Source: Eledone cirrhosa (taxonomy: Eukaryota). Taken from it: 64,000 bases of DNA. This document shows, one piece after another, positions 1 through 10,118 of this stretch. The notes beneath the pieces are model-generated. The model made no database searches. It saw nothing but the letters and a program-made list of their open reading frames with translations, and was not told where the DNA came from. The stretch spans positions 682,001 through 746,000 of the forward strand of contig OZ024746.1 in NCBI GenBank assembly GCA_964016885.1. Direction: 5' to 3'. Both the position numbers and the translations under genes were made by a program. How positions within the stretch are numbered: the first letter of the stretch is position 1; every line of letters begins with the position of its first letter.

Positions 1-24
1 ATATGCTATTTTCAAAAATACAGT

Positions 25-135
25 GACTGATCAGCCTGATTTGCATACTAGCAGACTGGTTGATCAGTCAGGTCTGCATATTAGCAGATCCACTGATCAG
101 CCAGATTTGCATATCAGCAGACTGGCCAGTCAGTT
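25..135. repeat. Degenerate ~33-bp tandem repeat (~3 copies)
   Basis: Recurring tgatcag..g.t.tgcata..agcaga unit. Confidence 0.5.
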
Positions 136-460
136 TCCTGTATACAAGCGATAAATGGCCGGCTTTGCCAAATTCAAATAAAAAAGAAAATTTCACTCTA
201 CTTCACACCATAAAACAGATATACACCACTCTGAGGAGCCTCCTGGCTTGTCACAGACTTTAAACCCCCACTTGGTAAGTGAATCAGGTTTGGAATGTTG
301 TCAATGAAACTCAATTAACAGGAGTTGTGACTGGTAGATAGTATCAGAAATAGAAACATTTTCTTGGTCCAATTTTACCTCACTTGCTCTGGAATCTTTT
401 TGGTCAATTTCATTAATCTATGTTTTCCTTTGATAAATAAAATAAAAAGTTTCTACATAC

Positions 461-615
461 CTTATCAAAACAATTAAAACCTCCATGAAGACAGTTTGGT
501 GGACTGTTTACATCTAACTTGTATGTGATTCCATCAATCGTAAACTTCCCATTTGCAATTCTGCCAGCCACTCTACCGATTACTCCGCCAATGTATAGAT
601 TCTGATCTTCATACC
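461..615 (-). CDS. GALM: Galactose mutarotase (aldose 1-epimerase), internal coding exon
   Basis: Manual translation: (G)YEDQNLYIGGVIGRVAGRIANGKFTIDGITYKLDVNSPPNCLHGGFNCFDK, matching the mutarotase GRVAxRIAxGxF...LHGG...FDK motifs. Acceptor ctctgctag and donor AAG|gtatgt. 155 nt, starts in phase 1, compatible with the upstream exon. Confidence 0.93.
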
Positions 616-783
616 CTAGCAGAGCAATGGAAAATCACAATGATGATAAAAACCATTTGTTAAATATGATTCTTTTACTTTCAACCATCCAGTTTAACAG
701 TTCCTATTTAGGTATCTAACAGGTTTTATCTCTTTTTATATCAAAATCCCTGAAACTACCCCTGGTTCTATGATACTAAACGA

Positions 784-1535
784 TTATCCTTTTCATGAGC
801 ACATTTCTAATGAAATACATTCTATTTCAATTAATTAATGAAGAATTTTAAGGGTTTTACTAAAATTATTAATTATTTCACTACTAACATAGTAACTTAA
901 TGTAAGGTTCTTATATAAAATTATGTTGGAAGATTTTAATTTAAATTGGAAACCTTTAAAATGGGAGGTTTTATTTCATAGAACCAGAGCTGGTTTTGGC
1001 TGGGTTGGTAACTAAAGGGTTAAAATAGGAGGTTTTATTTCATAGAACCAGAGCTGGTTTTGGTCAGCTTGGTAACTAAAGGGTTAAAATGGTTGGTTTT
1101 ATTTCATAGAACCAGAGCTGGTTTTGGTCAGCTTGGTAACTAAAGGGTTAAAATGGTTGGTTTTATTTCATAGAACCAGAGCTGGTTTTGGCTGGGTTGG
1201 TAACTAAAGGGTTAAAATAGGAGGTTTTATTTCATAGAACCAGAGCTGGTTTTGGTCAGCTTGGTAACTAAAGGGTTAAAATGGTTGGTTTTATTTCATA
1301 GAACCAGAGCTGGTTTTGGTCAGCTTGGTAACTAAAGGGTTAAAATGGTTGGTTTTATTTCATAGAACCAGAGCTGGTTTTGGCTGGGTTGGTAACTAAA
1401 GGGTTAAAATGGTTGGTTTTATTTCATAGAACCAGAGCTGGTTTTGGTCAGCTTGGTAACTAAAGGGTTAAAATGGTTGGTTTTATTTCATAGAACCAGA
1501 GCTAGTTTTGGCTGGGTTGGTAACTAAAGAGTTAA
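784..1535 (+). mobile_element. piggyBac-like MITE with its right terminus amplified as ~9 x 64-bp tandem units
   Basis: Decayed left end (ttatccttttcatg...atttctaatgaaatac), AT-rich body, then 64-bp units ending TGGTAACTAAAGGG-TTAA. The reverse complement TTAA-CCCTTTAGTTACCA matches the left-end TTAA-CCCTTTCATTACCA seen in other copies. Confidence 0.75.
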
Positions 1536-1550
1536 AAAATCCCCAATGTT

Positions 1551-1832
1551 TATCAATGCTGCATGCTATCAATGCTGCATGCTATCAATGCTGCATGCTA
1601 TCAATGCTGCATGCTATCAATGCTGCATGCTATCAATGCTGCATGCTATCAATGCTGCATGCTATCAATGCTGCATGCTATCAATGCTGCATGCTATCAA
1701 TGCTGCATGCTATCAATGCTGCATGCTATCAATGCTGCATGCTATCAATGCTGCATGCTATCAATGCTGCATGCTATCAATGCTGCATGCTATCAATGCT
1801 GCATGCTATCAATGCTGCATGCTATCAATGCT
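1551..1832. repeat. Near-perfect 16-bp minisatellite (tatcaatgctgcatgc) x ~17.5
   Basis: Direct inspection. It explains the three overlapping MLSMLHAINAACYQCC ORFs. Confidence 0.95.
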
Positions 1833-2847
1833 CCAGAATTATATTTAAAAAATATAATTCTAGAAACTTCTGCAAATGATAGAAAATACTTTAAGACAGG
1901 ATGACTATAAAAATCAACTTTATGATATGTGTATGTACCTGTAATTTCTGGTGTTGTAGGGGCGGTGTACAGCATTCATTGCCCACCCCATCTCTAAGTC
2001 AGAACACAGCAGATTTCTTCCAGAGAAGAGAGAGTGATAGAGAAGTAAGAAAGAGATATAGAGGAAGAAATCACCCCAGTAGTTGACTGGTACTGTTTTT
2101 ATTGACCTCAAAATGATAAATAAGCAGAAAAGAGAAATATGTAAATCCCACCACCATCACCACCACCACGAAAAAATAATAAATAAAAAAATAAAAAAAG
2201 AGAAGAATGTGCCATTTCTGAAAATATTGTTTATTTATTTTAATAAGCAATAACATTCATAACATTTGAAAAGCTGAGTAGTTTTGAAATAAGTTCAAGT
2301 CAGAACATGAGGGACTCAATACTGGAGAAAGAAAGAATGCCTCCCCATCCCCACCATCTTACCCCCATCAAACACACAGAAATATTTTAAAAGTTGTATT
2401 TCTGAAAACAATAAAATCCTAATATATGGAGTTAAAACTATTTTTCTTTCCTTTCTCAAGTCATTACTAACTTGTCAACACTATAATTTCATATTTCTTT
2501 AAAACATTTATTCTCTTGAAACAATAAAAAAACGTTGCTTTATATATAATTCTACATAATTATTTCCAAGAGTAGTTATTTTTAGAACTACATATTAACA
2601 AAATAATCCCCCCCCCCCCCAAAAAAAAAACAACCAAACAAAAAATATATATTTAAAATGTGTACAGCTAATCTAATTTCTAAAAATGAAATACTTATCA
2701 CTATCACAAAATTAATTATCATTATTTATAAAGATAAGCAATTTGTTTAAGGACAAAGTTACTGAAATGTTCAGTCATTGGACTCTTAAAACAATGTAAT
2801 ATATGCAAGAAAGCAAGAAAATCTTCCAAATCTCGCTAATGACGGCA

Positions 2848-3122
2848 TTCTTTTATTCTTTTACTGGTTTCAGTCATTAAACTGTGGCTATCCTGGGGTT
2901 CCTTAAAATATTATCAATAAGGTATCAAGCAGAGTGTCAATATTATAAAGGAGACAGTTTTAAATGTACATCGTCTGTTTATTATATAATATATAGAGGA
3001 TGTACATTTAAAACAGTCTATCTTCTTATATATATATCAACCCAAGACTATATACAGTAGTGGCCCAAGATGCCATACAGTAGGACTAAACCTGAAGATA
3101 TGTGCTTACAAAGTGAAGAACT
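2848..3122 (-). mobile_element. Decayed tRNA-derived SINE, interrupted by a short hairpin and by the CR1 fragment (head resumes ~3621-3640)
   Basis: SINE-like tail (cttttactggtttcagtcattaaactgtggc) and head remnants (ccaagatgccatacagtaggactaaacc...; ttaaccacacagc) lie on either side of the CR1 piece. Confidence 0.45.
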
Positions 3123-3124
3123 TA

Positions 3125-3622
3125 TTACCCTCCATCAGGCATTTACCATACTCTGAAGGCCTTGCTTCCCTGGGCATGGATACATTGAAGCTCTGACGTC
3201 TGGCAACTGACTTGGTAAAGACCCACAAAATTATTAACCATCTTGCCAACAACAACCTCAAGTACCTTTTTGATTTCCATGTCTAACACACGTGGGCATG
3301 CCCACAAAGTCAGAAAACAGCACAGTTCCCATGACTTTCGGAAACATTTTTTTCATGCTCAGAGTTGCTGAAGCATGGAACAAACTACCTGCATTGGTTG
3401 TTAGCTGTTGAGACACTGCATCCTTTAAAACCTCCATGCTTCCTGAGATTCGCCAACACTACACCTAATGTTCCCCCTCCATACATACGCACACATGTAT
3501 ATCATGACTCATACACTATTCACTTCCCTGACATTTGTATATTTTTCTATGTACTATACATGCACCTTTGATGAGTTGTAGTGCACCTGAGCACTGTACA
3601 CAATAATTTAATTATTATTATT
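3125..3622 (+). mobile_element. 5'-truncated CR1-clade LINE 3' end
   Basis: Decayed translation PSIRHLPYSExLASLGMDTLKLxRLATDL...TRGHAHKVRKQHSSHDFRKHFF.LRVAEAWNKLP...SFK, typical of the CR1/L2 ORF2 C-terminus. Ends in an (ATT)n tail. Confidence 0.8.
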
Positions 3623-3751
3623 AACCACACAGCTGTGTCAGTATCTAAACATTAACTCCATTATGTGTGGACTTTGTTAATATTTTATTTTCTACATAAA
3701 ACTAAACTTGTCACTTTCCATTAATCCATTTGTGACAATATTTCTTATGAA

Positions 3752-4215
3752 ATCATCATCATCGTTTAACGTCCATCTTCCATGCTAGCATGTATCATGG
3801 GTTAGATGGGTTTGTCCCACTTGAGGTGAGATTGGTCGGGTGACCGTGTCTCGCTCATATAGAGCTGTATCTGGCAGGTTTTCTATGGCTGGATGCCCTT
3901 CCTGACACCAACCACATTTACAGGACTGGGAGCCTTTTTACTGTGTCTCCTACACAACCACTCTACAGTGTGGACTGGGTGCTTTTTATCGTGACACTTA
4001 CATGACCTCTTTACTGCGTAGACTGGATGTTCTGTGGTACCAACAAAACTTTACAGAGAAAGGGTGGAGTGGACGGAAATGGGAGGATGGAGTAGGAGGT
4101 GTGGGTTGGGGTGTATATTGGGTTAAGAGGTGCCTACTGACTGTAGGTTTAAGTTTGTATGCAAAGGAAGGCCGGTCTTCTGTATTACTGCATAGGGCCA
4201 AAGATCTCGATCCAT
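3752..4215 (-). mobile_element. RTE LINE 3' UTR fragment (same family as 46670-47612)
   Basis: (CAT)n tail plus cgtttaacgtcc...catgctagcatg...ggatgcccttcc...accaacacatttaca. Colinear with 46670-47080. Confidence 0.75.
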
Positions 4216-4304
4216 AATATATTGGTCAAATATTGGTCAGTTAATATAGTTGGGGGGTAAAATAATTAACATTATTAACGTTGTGTTGGTATTTAGAACA
4301 TATC

Positions 4305-4388
4305 ACTCCACCTCCACCAACAACCACCACCACCACCGCCACCGCCGCCGCCGCCGCCACCACCACCACCACCACCAGTAGCAGCAGC
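4305..4388. repeat. (CCA)n/(CCG)n/(GCA)n microsatellite
   Basis: Direct inspection. No flanking splice or ORF support. Confidence 0.8.
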
Positions 4389-5048
4389 TCTGGTTCTATG
4401 AAATAAAACCACCTCTTTTAACCCTTTAGTTACCAACCTGACTAAAACCAGCTCTGGTTCTATGAAATAAAACCTCCCATTTTAACCCTTTAGTTATCAA
4501 CACCACCACCACCAGCTCTGGTTCTATGAAATAAAACCACCCATTTTAACCCTTTAGTTACCAACCCATCCCAAACCAGCCCTGGTTCTATGAAATAAAA
4601 TCTCCCATTTTAACCCTTTAGTTACCAACCTGGCCAAAACCAGCTCTGGTTCTATGAAATAAAACCTCCCATTTTAACCCTTTAGTTACCAACCTAGCCA
4701 GAACCAGCTCTGGTTCTATGAAATAAAACCTCCCATTTAACCCTTTAGTTACCAACCCAGTCAAAACCAGCTCTGGTTCTATGAAATAAAACCTCCCATT
4801 TAACCCTTTAGTTACCAACCCAGCCAAAACCAGCTCTGGTTCTATGAAATAAAACCTCCCATTTTAAAGGTTTTATAATTTAAATTAAAATCTTCCAACA
4901 TAATTTTATATAAGAACCTCACATTAAGTTACTACCTTAGTAATGAAATAATTAATAAATTTAGTAAATCCCTCAAAATTAGTAATTAATTAATTAAAAT
5001 AGAGTGATGATGATGATGTATTTCCTTAGGTGGTGATGAAAGGGTTAA
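4386..5048 (-). mobile_element. piggyBac-like MITE, inverted relative to 784-1535, right terminus amplified ~7.5 x 63-64 bp
   Basis: Reverse complement of 784-1535, including the unique body (aaattaaaatcttccaacataattttatataagaacc). Ends tggtgatgaaaggg-ttaa at 5031-5048. Confidence 0.8.
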
Positions 5049-5519
5049 TAACTTGTATTCTTCTATAATAGTCTCTACTTCATAGAATTTGCTAAGTATA
5101 TAAAGAAGCCATTTAAACTCACTGTCATCATCTCTTTTATCATTGTATCAGTGTCTCACTTATTCGACATTAAACGTTTCATTCAAACTTTTCTCAACTT
5201 TTATCCCCTCACAAAAATCTCTTGGGGTCAAGTCAAAAGAAATTATATTTTTAGACATCTAACACATAAAAGTAAACATCTTATTTTATAATGTTACAAC
5301 TCTCCAAAGGCCAACAGACGACCAGTTTCTCTCTCTCCAGCATATAAAATTAAAACCATCTTGAAACTGTTAATGAAAGTAGTTTTAGTTAGATTATCAA
5401 AATAGAAGTAACAATCTAAGACGTATTATTTCTGGCTCCAAGGAGGTTCCAGTTATATTTTTTCTAAATCAAATTAAAAAAAGATCAATATTGAAAGGAT
5501 TTCACTTATCAACAATATT

Positions 5520-5670
5520 CTGGAGGTTAACCCTGAGCAAGATGGTTGAATAACATTCCTGAACTTGGCTAGTCTCACTTGGGGATCCAGCTGGATCAGT
5601 TGGAGACGGTTGCTTCTGACGGGACCCATTGGAAGGAGTTTTTGAGGACTCTGCCCACACGACATTCTTA
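5520..5670 (+). mobile_element. RTE (Expander/Rex3-like) 3' end fragment
   Basis: Homologous to 6520-6670 (reverse complement) and 9990-10118: ggggatccagctggatcagttggagacggttgcttctgac. Confidence 0.7.
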
Positions 5671-6154
5671 AGATCAAGGAGGAGGAGGGAGAATAAGAAG
5701 AAAAAAGAAAAAAAGAGGAGGAAGGATGTTCCAAGACACTCTTCCTAGAGTTTTTTTCCAGTCATTCTATCCAATCCAAAGAGATTTCTCAAGATGGCTC
5801 GAAAAAAGTAGGACAAAAATATTATTTCTATTGACAGAGTTAAATAAAAACAAGGAACCACAAGAAATAAATGTTGTTTTTATAGTTTTTGATTTGTGTC
5901 TTTTTTTTTTTTTTTTTTTTTCATAATTTACTAATTAATCATTGAAAGAAAGGAGAGAAATGTGAGAAAGAGAGAAACAGACATTTTGTAGGATTGAACA
6001 AATATAGTTTTTATTCTACATTTTCTCACAATATAACTTTACATAGTCTCAGCAATAATTAAATTTTAAACAAATATTTCATATTCCTTATGTTCATTTC
6101 AACTCTTTTTTCTACATTTTCTTGTTGTTTTGTGTATGTTTTATATCACCACTG

Positions 6155-6340
6155 ACAGGGAGGGGAGAGGTAGAGGGAGGCGAGGGGACACTAGGCTAGA
6201 GAGAGGGGGAGGGATGTAGGGTGGAGAGGGAGAGGGAGGCAAAGGGGCGTCTAGAGAAAGGGAGATGGGGGAGGGATAGAGAAGGTGGGGGCAAGGGGAG
6301 CTGGAGAGAGGGAGGGAGAGATGGAGAGGGAGAGATATGA
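6155..6340. repeat. Polypurine (GA-rich) low-complexity tract
   Basis: Direct inspection. Confidence 0.7.
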
Positions 6341-6519
6341 AAATATGGAAGGAATATAATTTAAAATATATTACATAAAAAAACATTCAAAAGACATTTT
6401 CATTTTGTCCCCCTGCCACTTGAACTACTGAAGTAAATGAAGACAAACAAAACAAAAATTAAATACTTCCCATGTAGAAACGCAGAGAAGAGATTTATCT
6501 TCGTCTTCTTTACCAACTT

Positions 6520-7125
6520 ATTCCTGAGAGAGCTGTGGAGGCAGAGCCCTCAAACACTCCTTCCAGCTGGTCCTGTCAGAAGCAACCGTCTCCAACTGAT
6601 CCAGCTGGATCCCCAAGTGAGATCAGCCGAGCTCATAGATGTTATCCAACCATCCTGCTCGGGGTCCACCCCTGGGTCTCCTGCCAGTTGGTTTTGCCCG
6701 TAAAATCTGTCCAGCGTTTCTTTCCTGAGAAATTCTAACCACATGTCCATAGTATCAGAGCTGTGATCTCTCAATTAGGAGAAGTAGTGGCTCTACCTGG
6801 AGTGGCGCTCTGATCTCTGAGCTATGCACTTTATGAAGTAACATTGCTTCAAAGACCCTTCGGAGGAACCCCATTTCAGCTGCTTGTATTCGTGATCATA
6901 TTCTTTTGGTCATTACCCAAAATTCATGACCATAGGTAAGGGTTGGCATAAATACTGAATTGAAGATAGCGAGTTTGGTTTGGACACCTACCTCCCTTCT
7001 TCTGATTACTGAATGCTGAAGCTGGCACATTACTGCACCAGCTCCTGCAATTCTTGCACTTAATTCAGCCTCCTGCCTTCCATCACTCGTGGACAGCCCT
7101 GAGATACTTGAACTTCTCTGTATTG
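6520..7125 (-). mobile_element. RTE-clade (Expander/Rex3-like) LINE ORF2 C-terminal fragment, decayed
   Basis: Frameshifted translation SDGRQEAELSARIAGAGAVM...TKLAIFNSVFMPTLTYGHEFWVMTKRIxSRIQAAEMGFLRRV...IERSQLRYYGHVVRI...GRRPRG. Confidence 0.8.
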
Positions 7126-7214
7126 TTAAATAAATGTTTCAATTATATATCTAAAATGTATGAATCTGATTAGAAAACTTTTACAAGTGAAAATATTTAA
7201 GCACGGAACTGCAG

Positions 7215-7592
7215 AGGAAGATCGAAACAGTGGAGATGCTACAGAAGAATCCTGGCAATCTCCTACACAGAACACTTCATGAATGAGGAGGTCTGCAAAA
7301 TAATCACCCAACACATGAGCTACTTTGAAGATCTGTTGGAGAGGAGGAAGCTGGGGTGGTATGGGAGATGTGACAAGATCGGACGGACTCCCTAAGACAA
7401 TTCTCCAAGGAACAGTGTGGGAGAATGAGAAGGTGGAACAGAGGGAATGGTGGACAGACAACATAGCTGGGTGGATAGGACACAACCCAAGCACTCACCC
7501 ATGACCACCAGAGATGAGGGCAGTTGGTGCAGCATTCAACACTGCAGTGTCCCAACGACCCTGAAAACGGTTAAGGGACCATGATGATGATT
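7215..7592 (+). mobile_element. RTE-clade LINE 3' end (another family), decayed
   Basis: CYRRILAISYTEHFMNEEV...RRKLGWYG...LPKTILQGTV...WWTDNIAGW across frameshifts. (GAT)n tail. Confidence 0.7.
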
Positions 7593-7729
7593 TATGTCTT
7601 TTAAGTAAATTACCAGCAAAGTACCCCAATACTTCTGAAGGTTTTATCATGTGAGAAAACATATCAACCTGAACCACATATACAACAAAAATACATCCAC
7701 TGTTTTAAGGGTATTTGTCCCACGAAATT

Positions 7730-7830
7730 AGGTTTAGCTTTACAAACTCCATAACAAGCTTTCATACTCATCATGGGGTCATTTTTGAAGCAATATATCC
7801 CAGCCATTCTTGTTGCTAACCTTTTTGATC
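7730..7830. repeat. Dispersed repeat also present at ~51005-51110
   Basis: Shared tttcatactcatcat.gggtc.tttt..aagcaat...aacctttt. Confidence 0.5.
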
Positions 7831-7860
7831 CTCTCTATAGTGGATCCACACATAAACTAG

Positions 7861-8165
7861 TACTCTCGTGTCTCAAATAATGCACCCCTCCCCCCCTGCT
7901 TATTAAATTTTACTAATCTAACTCCAGCAAAATTTTATTTTAAGTGGTAGCATTCCTGTGACTGTGACAATTTTCTTTAGACATTAAAAAACATTATTCA
8001 TGACAAAAACCTACTTTACTAGAAATCCCATACGTTATAAAATAAATAGGAAAGGTTAGTGTCTCAATATGTAAACTAAACGACTAATTCTGGTTTCTTA
8101 AAAAATATCAACGGAGACAAGCTAGAAAAATTACTGATCACCACGTTATTTGGGACCTGATAGTA
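7861..8165. mobile_element. TA-flanked MITE (Tc1/mariner-type ends), copy 1
   Basis: TIRs tactctcgtgtctcaaataa ... ttatttgggacctgatagta. Body matches 50140-50488. Confidence 0.75.
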
Positions 8166-8883
8166 GGTGGCACAGTGGAGTAGGTGAGTGTCAGAGAGAG
8201 GAGAATGTCTGGTCTGGAGTCAATCCTTATATCTTCATAATCACCGTTCTTAGTTTACTCCTGCTAGGAGATCAGTTATTTATCACTCTGTAATAGAACA
8301 CAGCTGGCTAGAATTACACTTCAACAACAATACCAGCAACATCAAAGTTGTCTTTTAATCAATAATGCATTTCTTTTTTTTACATTTAGAAAAATATTCC
8401 AGTACAGATTGACTGATACCCCCCCCCCCCCCCACACACACACACCCCACCCACACACAACCACACCCTCTCCCACCTGATAATGGCAAACAAATTTTAA
8501 TGGTGAAGTGAGAAATCAATAATGGTTTAGTAGTTATAGATTACATCTATAAGATAGAAGGATCAAATACATAAATCATTTAGTTTTTTTTTGTTTAATA
8601 AATCAACATCAGTCACACATTTTAACAACTGATTTAAGATAAAGTGAAATCCTTTCAAGTAAAGAGACTGATCCAAAGATCAGAAGATAAGCCATAAAAG
8701 AAAACATGTTTTAATTGAAAATTAAAACCTTGAATATTTATTAGATAGAAAAACAAAACTGATGACAAAAGATAAAATAATTTGTTGATGTCAAAGGAGA
8801 AAAATAAATATATATATAGTAAGAATTATATAAACATGGTTATTGATTACTTGTCAAAAAAAAATGAAATATTTTCAATTTAC

Positions 8884-9017
8884 CTTTAACATTTTCAAAG
8901 CCAAACACAATATCTTTCATGACACCATTTTTATCAGGAACTATAATTTTTGAGATGATGGCACCAAATGTCAATATTTCAACTTGAGCAGATCCAGAAG
9001 CATTCTTTAAGATTATT
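8884..9017 (-). CDS. GALM: Galactose mutarotase, upstream coding exon (not the first exon)
   Basis: IILKNASGSAQVEILTFGAIISKIIVPDKNGVMKDIVFGFENVK(G) fits the GALM N-terminal GA...PDxxG...DIVxGF motif. Polypyrimidine acceptor ttttcttttag and donor AAAG|gtaaat. The terminal G joins GG at 615-614 to make Gly. Confidence 0.92.
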
Positions 9018-9133
9018 CTAAAAGAAAAAGAAAACAATATCATATATGTGATGTTAATATCTACAAGGTTTGATTTTTATTACATTTAAATCAGATAGAA
9101 ATACATATATATAATCAATTAATTCATCAATAT

Positions 9134-9545
9134 CATCATCATCACCATTTAACATCCATTTTACCACGCTAGCATGGGTTAGACAAGTTGTTCTGTTGTG
9201 AGAAATGCTGAGTCAGGAGACCATGTTTTGCTCATACAGAACTGATTTGGGCTTGGGTTCTACAGCTGGATGCTCTTCCTAACACCAACCATATATATAA
9301 TGAGTACTGGGTGCTTTTTGTCATGACACCTACACAACCACTAAAAACCTTATAAATATTATACATAACAAAGTGAAAAAAAACAGTCACACACACCACA
9401 AGGGTTTACCTCTACTGAGGCTTCACTGTGGTTTCCTGGCACTTCTTCACCCAGCCATCATATATCCATACTAACACAACCACAACAATGATATCCATAC
9501 AGACCAAGTAGTGACATGACCAGCCAAACCTACATTCGCAATCAT
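9134..9545 (-). mobile_element. RTE 3' UTR plus decayed coding remnant
   Basis: (CAT)n tail, gctagcatgggtt...ggatgctcttcctaacaccaacca, and a minus-strand GWVKKC-like remnant near 9440-9460. Confidence 0.55.
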
Positions 9546-9779
9546 TTACCAGTCCGTCTGTGTATGCACATACATATGTGCATGTGTATAGTAGTTCATG
9601 CTGGGAATTTCAAGCCCAGAGTAAGGTGCAGCAGATAAGTTACATGCAGCTTTTCACACCTGTTATTTGAGGAAAAAAATAGTAACTTATCAATTAGATA
9701 TTATGTTTTATTCTGCTAATTAGTGCATAAGAAAAGGATAAAATAAACATAATTTGAACAGGATTAAGGAACATGATCA

Positions 9780-10118
9780 TGATACAAGTTGCCGAAATGG
9801 GGTTCCTCTGAAGGGTCTTTGAAGTAATGTTACTTGATAGAGTACGTAGCTCAGAGATCAGAGAGTCACTCCAGGTAGAGCCACTACTTTTCTGAATTGA
9901 GTGATCACAGCTCCGATATTCTGAGCATGTGGATAGAATGTCTCAAGAGAGAATTGCTGGACAGATTTTACAGGTAAACCCAAGCAAAAAGAGATCCAGT
10001 GGTAGACCCAAGCAAGATGGTTGGAAACATCCATGAGCTTGGCTGGTCTTGCTTGGGGATCCATCCAGATCAGTTGGAGACGATTGCATCTGACAGGTCC
10101 CACTGGAAGGAGTGTTTT
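9780..10118 (+). mobile_element. RTE (Expander/Rex3-like) 3' fragment abutting the 51-bp satellite
   Basis: IQVAEMGFLxRVFEVMLLDRVRSSEIRE..., homologous to 6550-6900 (reverse complement). Confidence 0.75.

Noticed and set aside
961-1832. CRISPR-like regularly spaced repeats
   Set aside because: No unique spacers, no cas genes, and a eukaryotic intron context. These are plain tandem repeats.
1508-1904. Cys-rich ORFs in three frames
   Set aside because: Artefact of a 16-bp perfect minisatellite.
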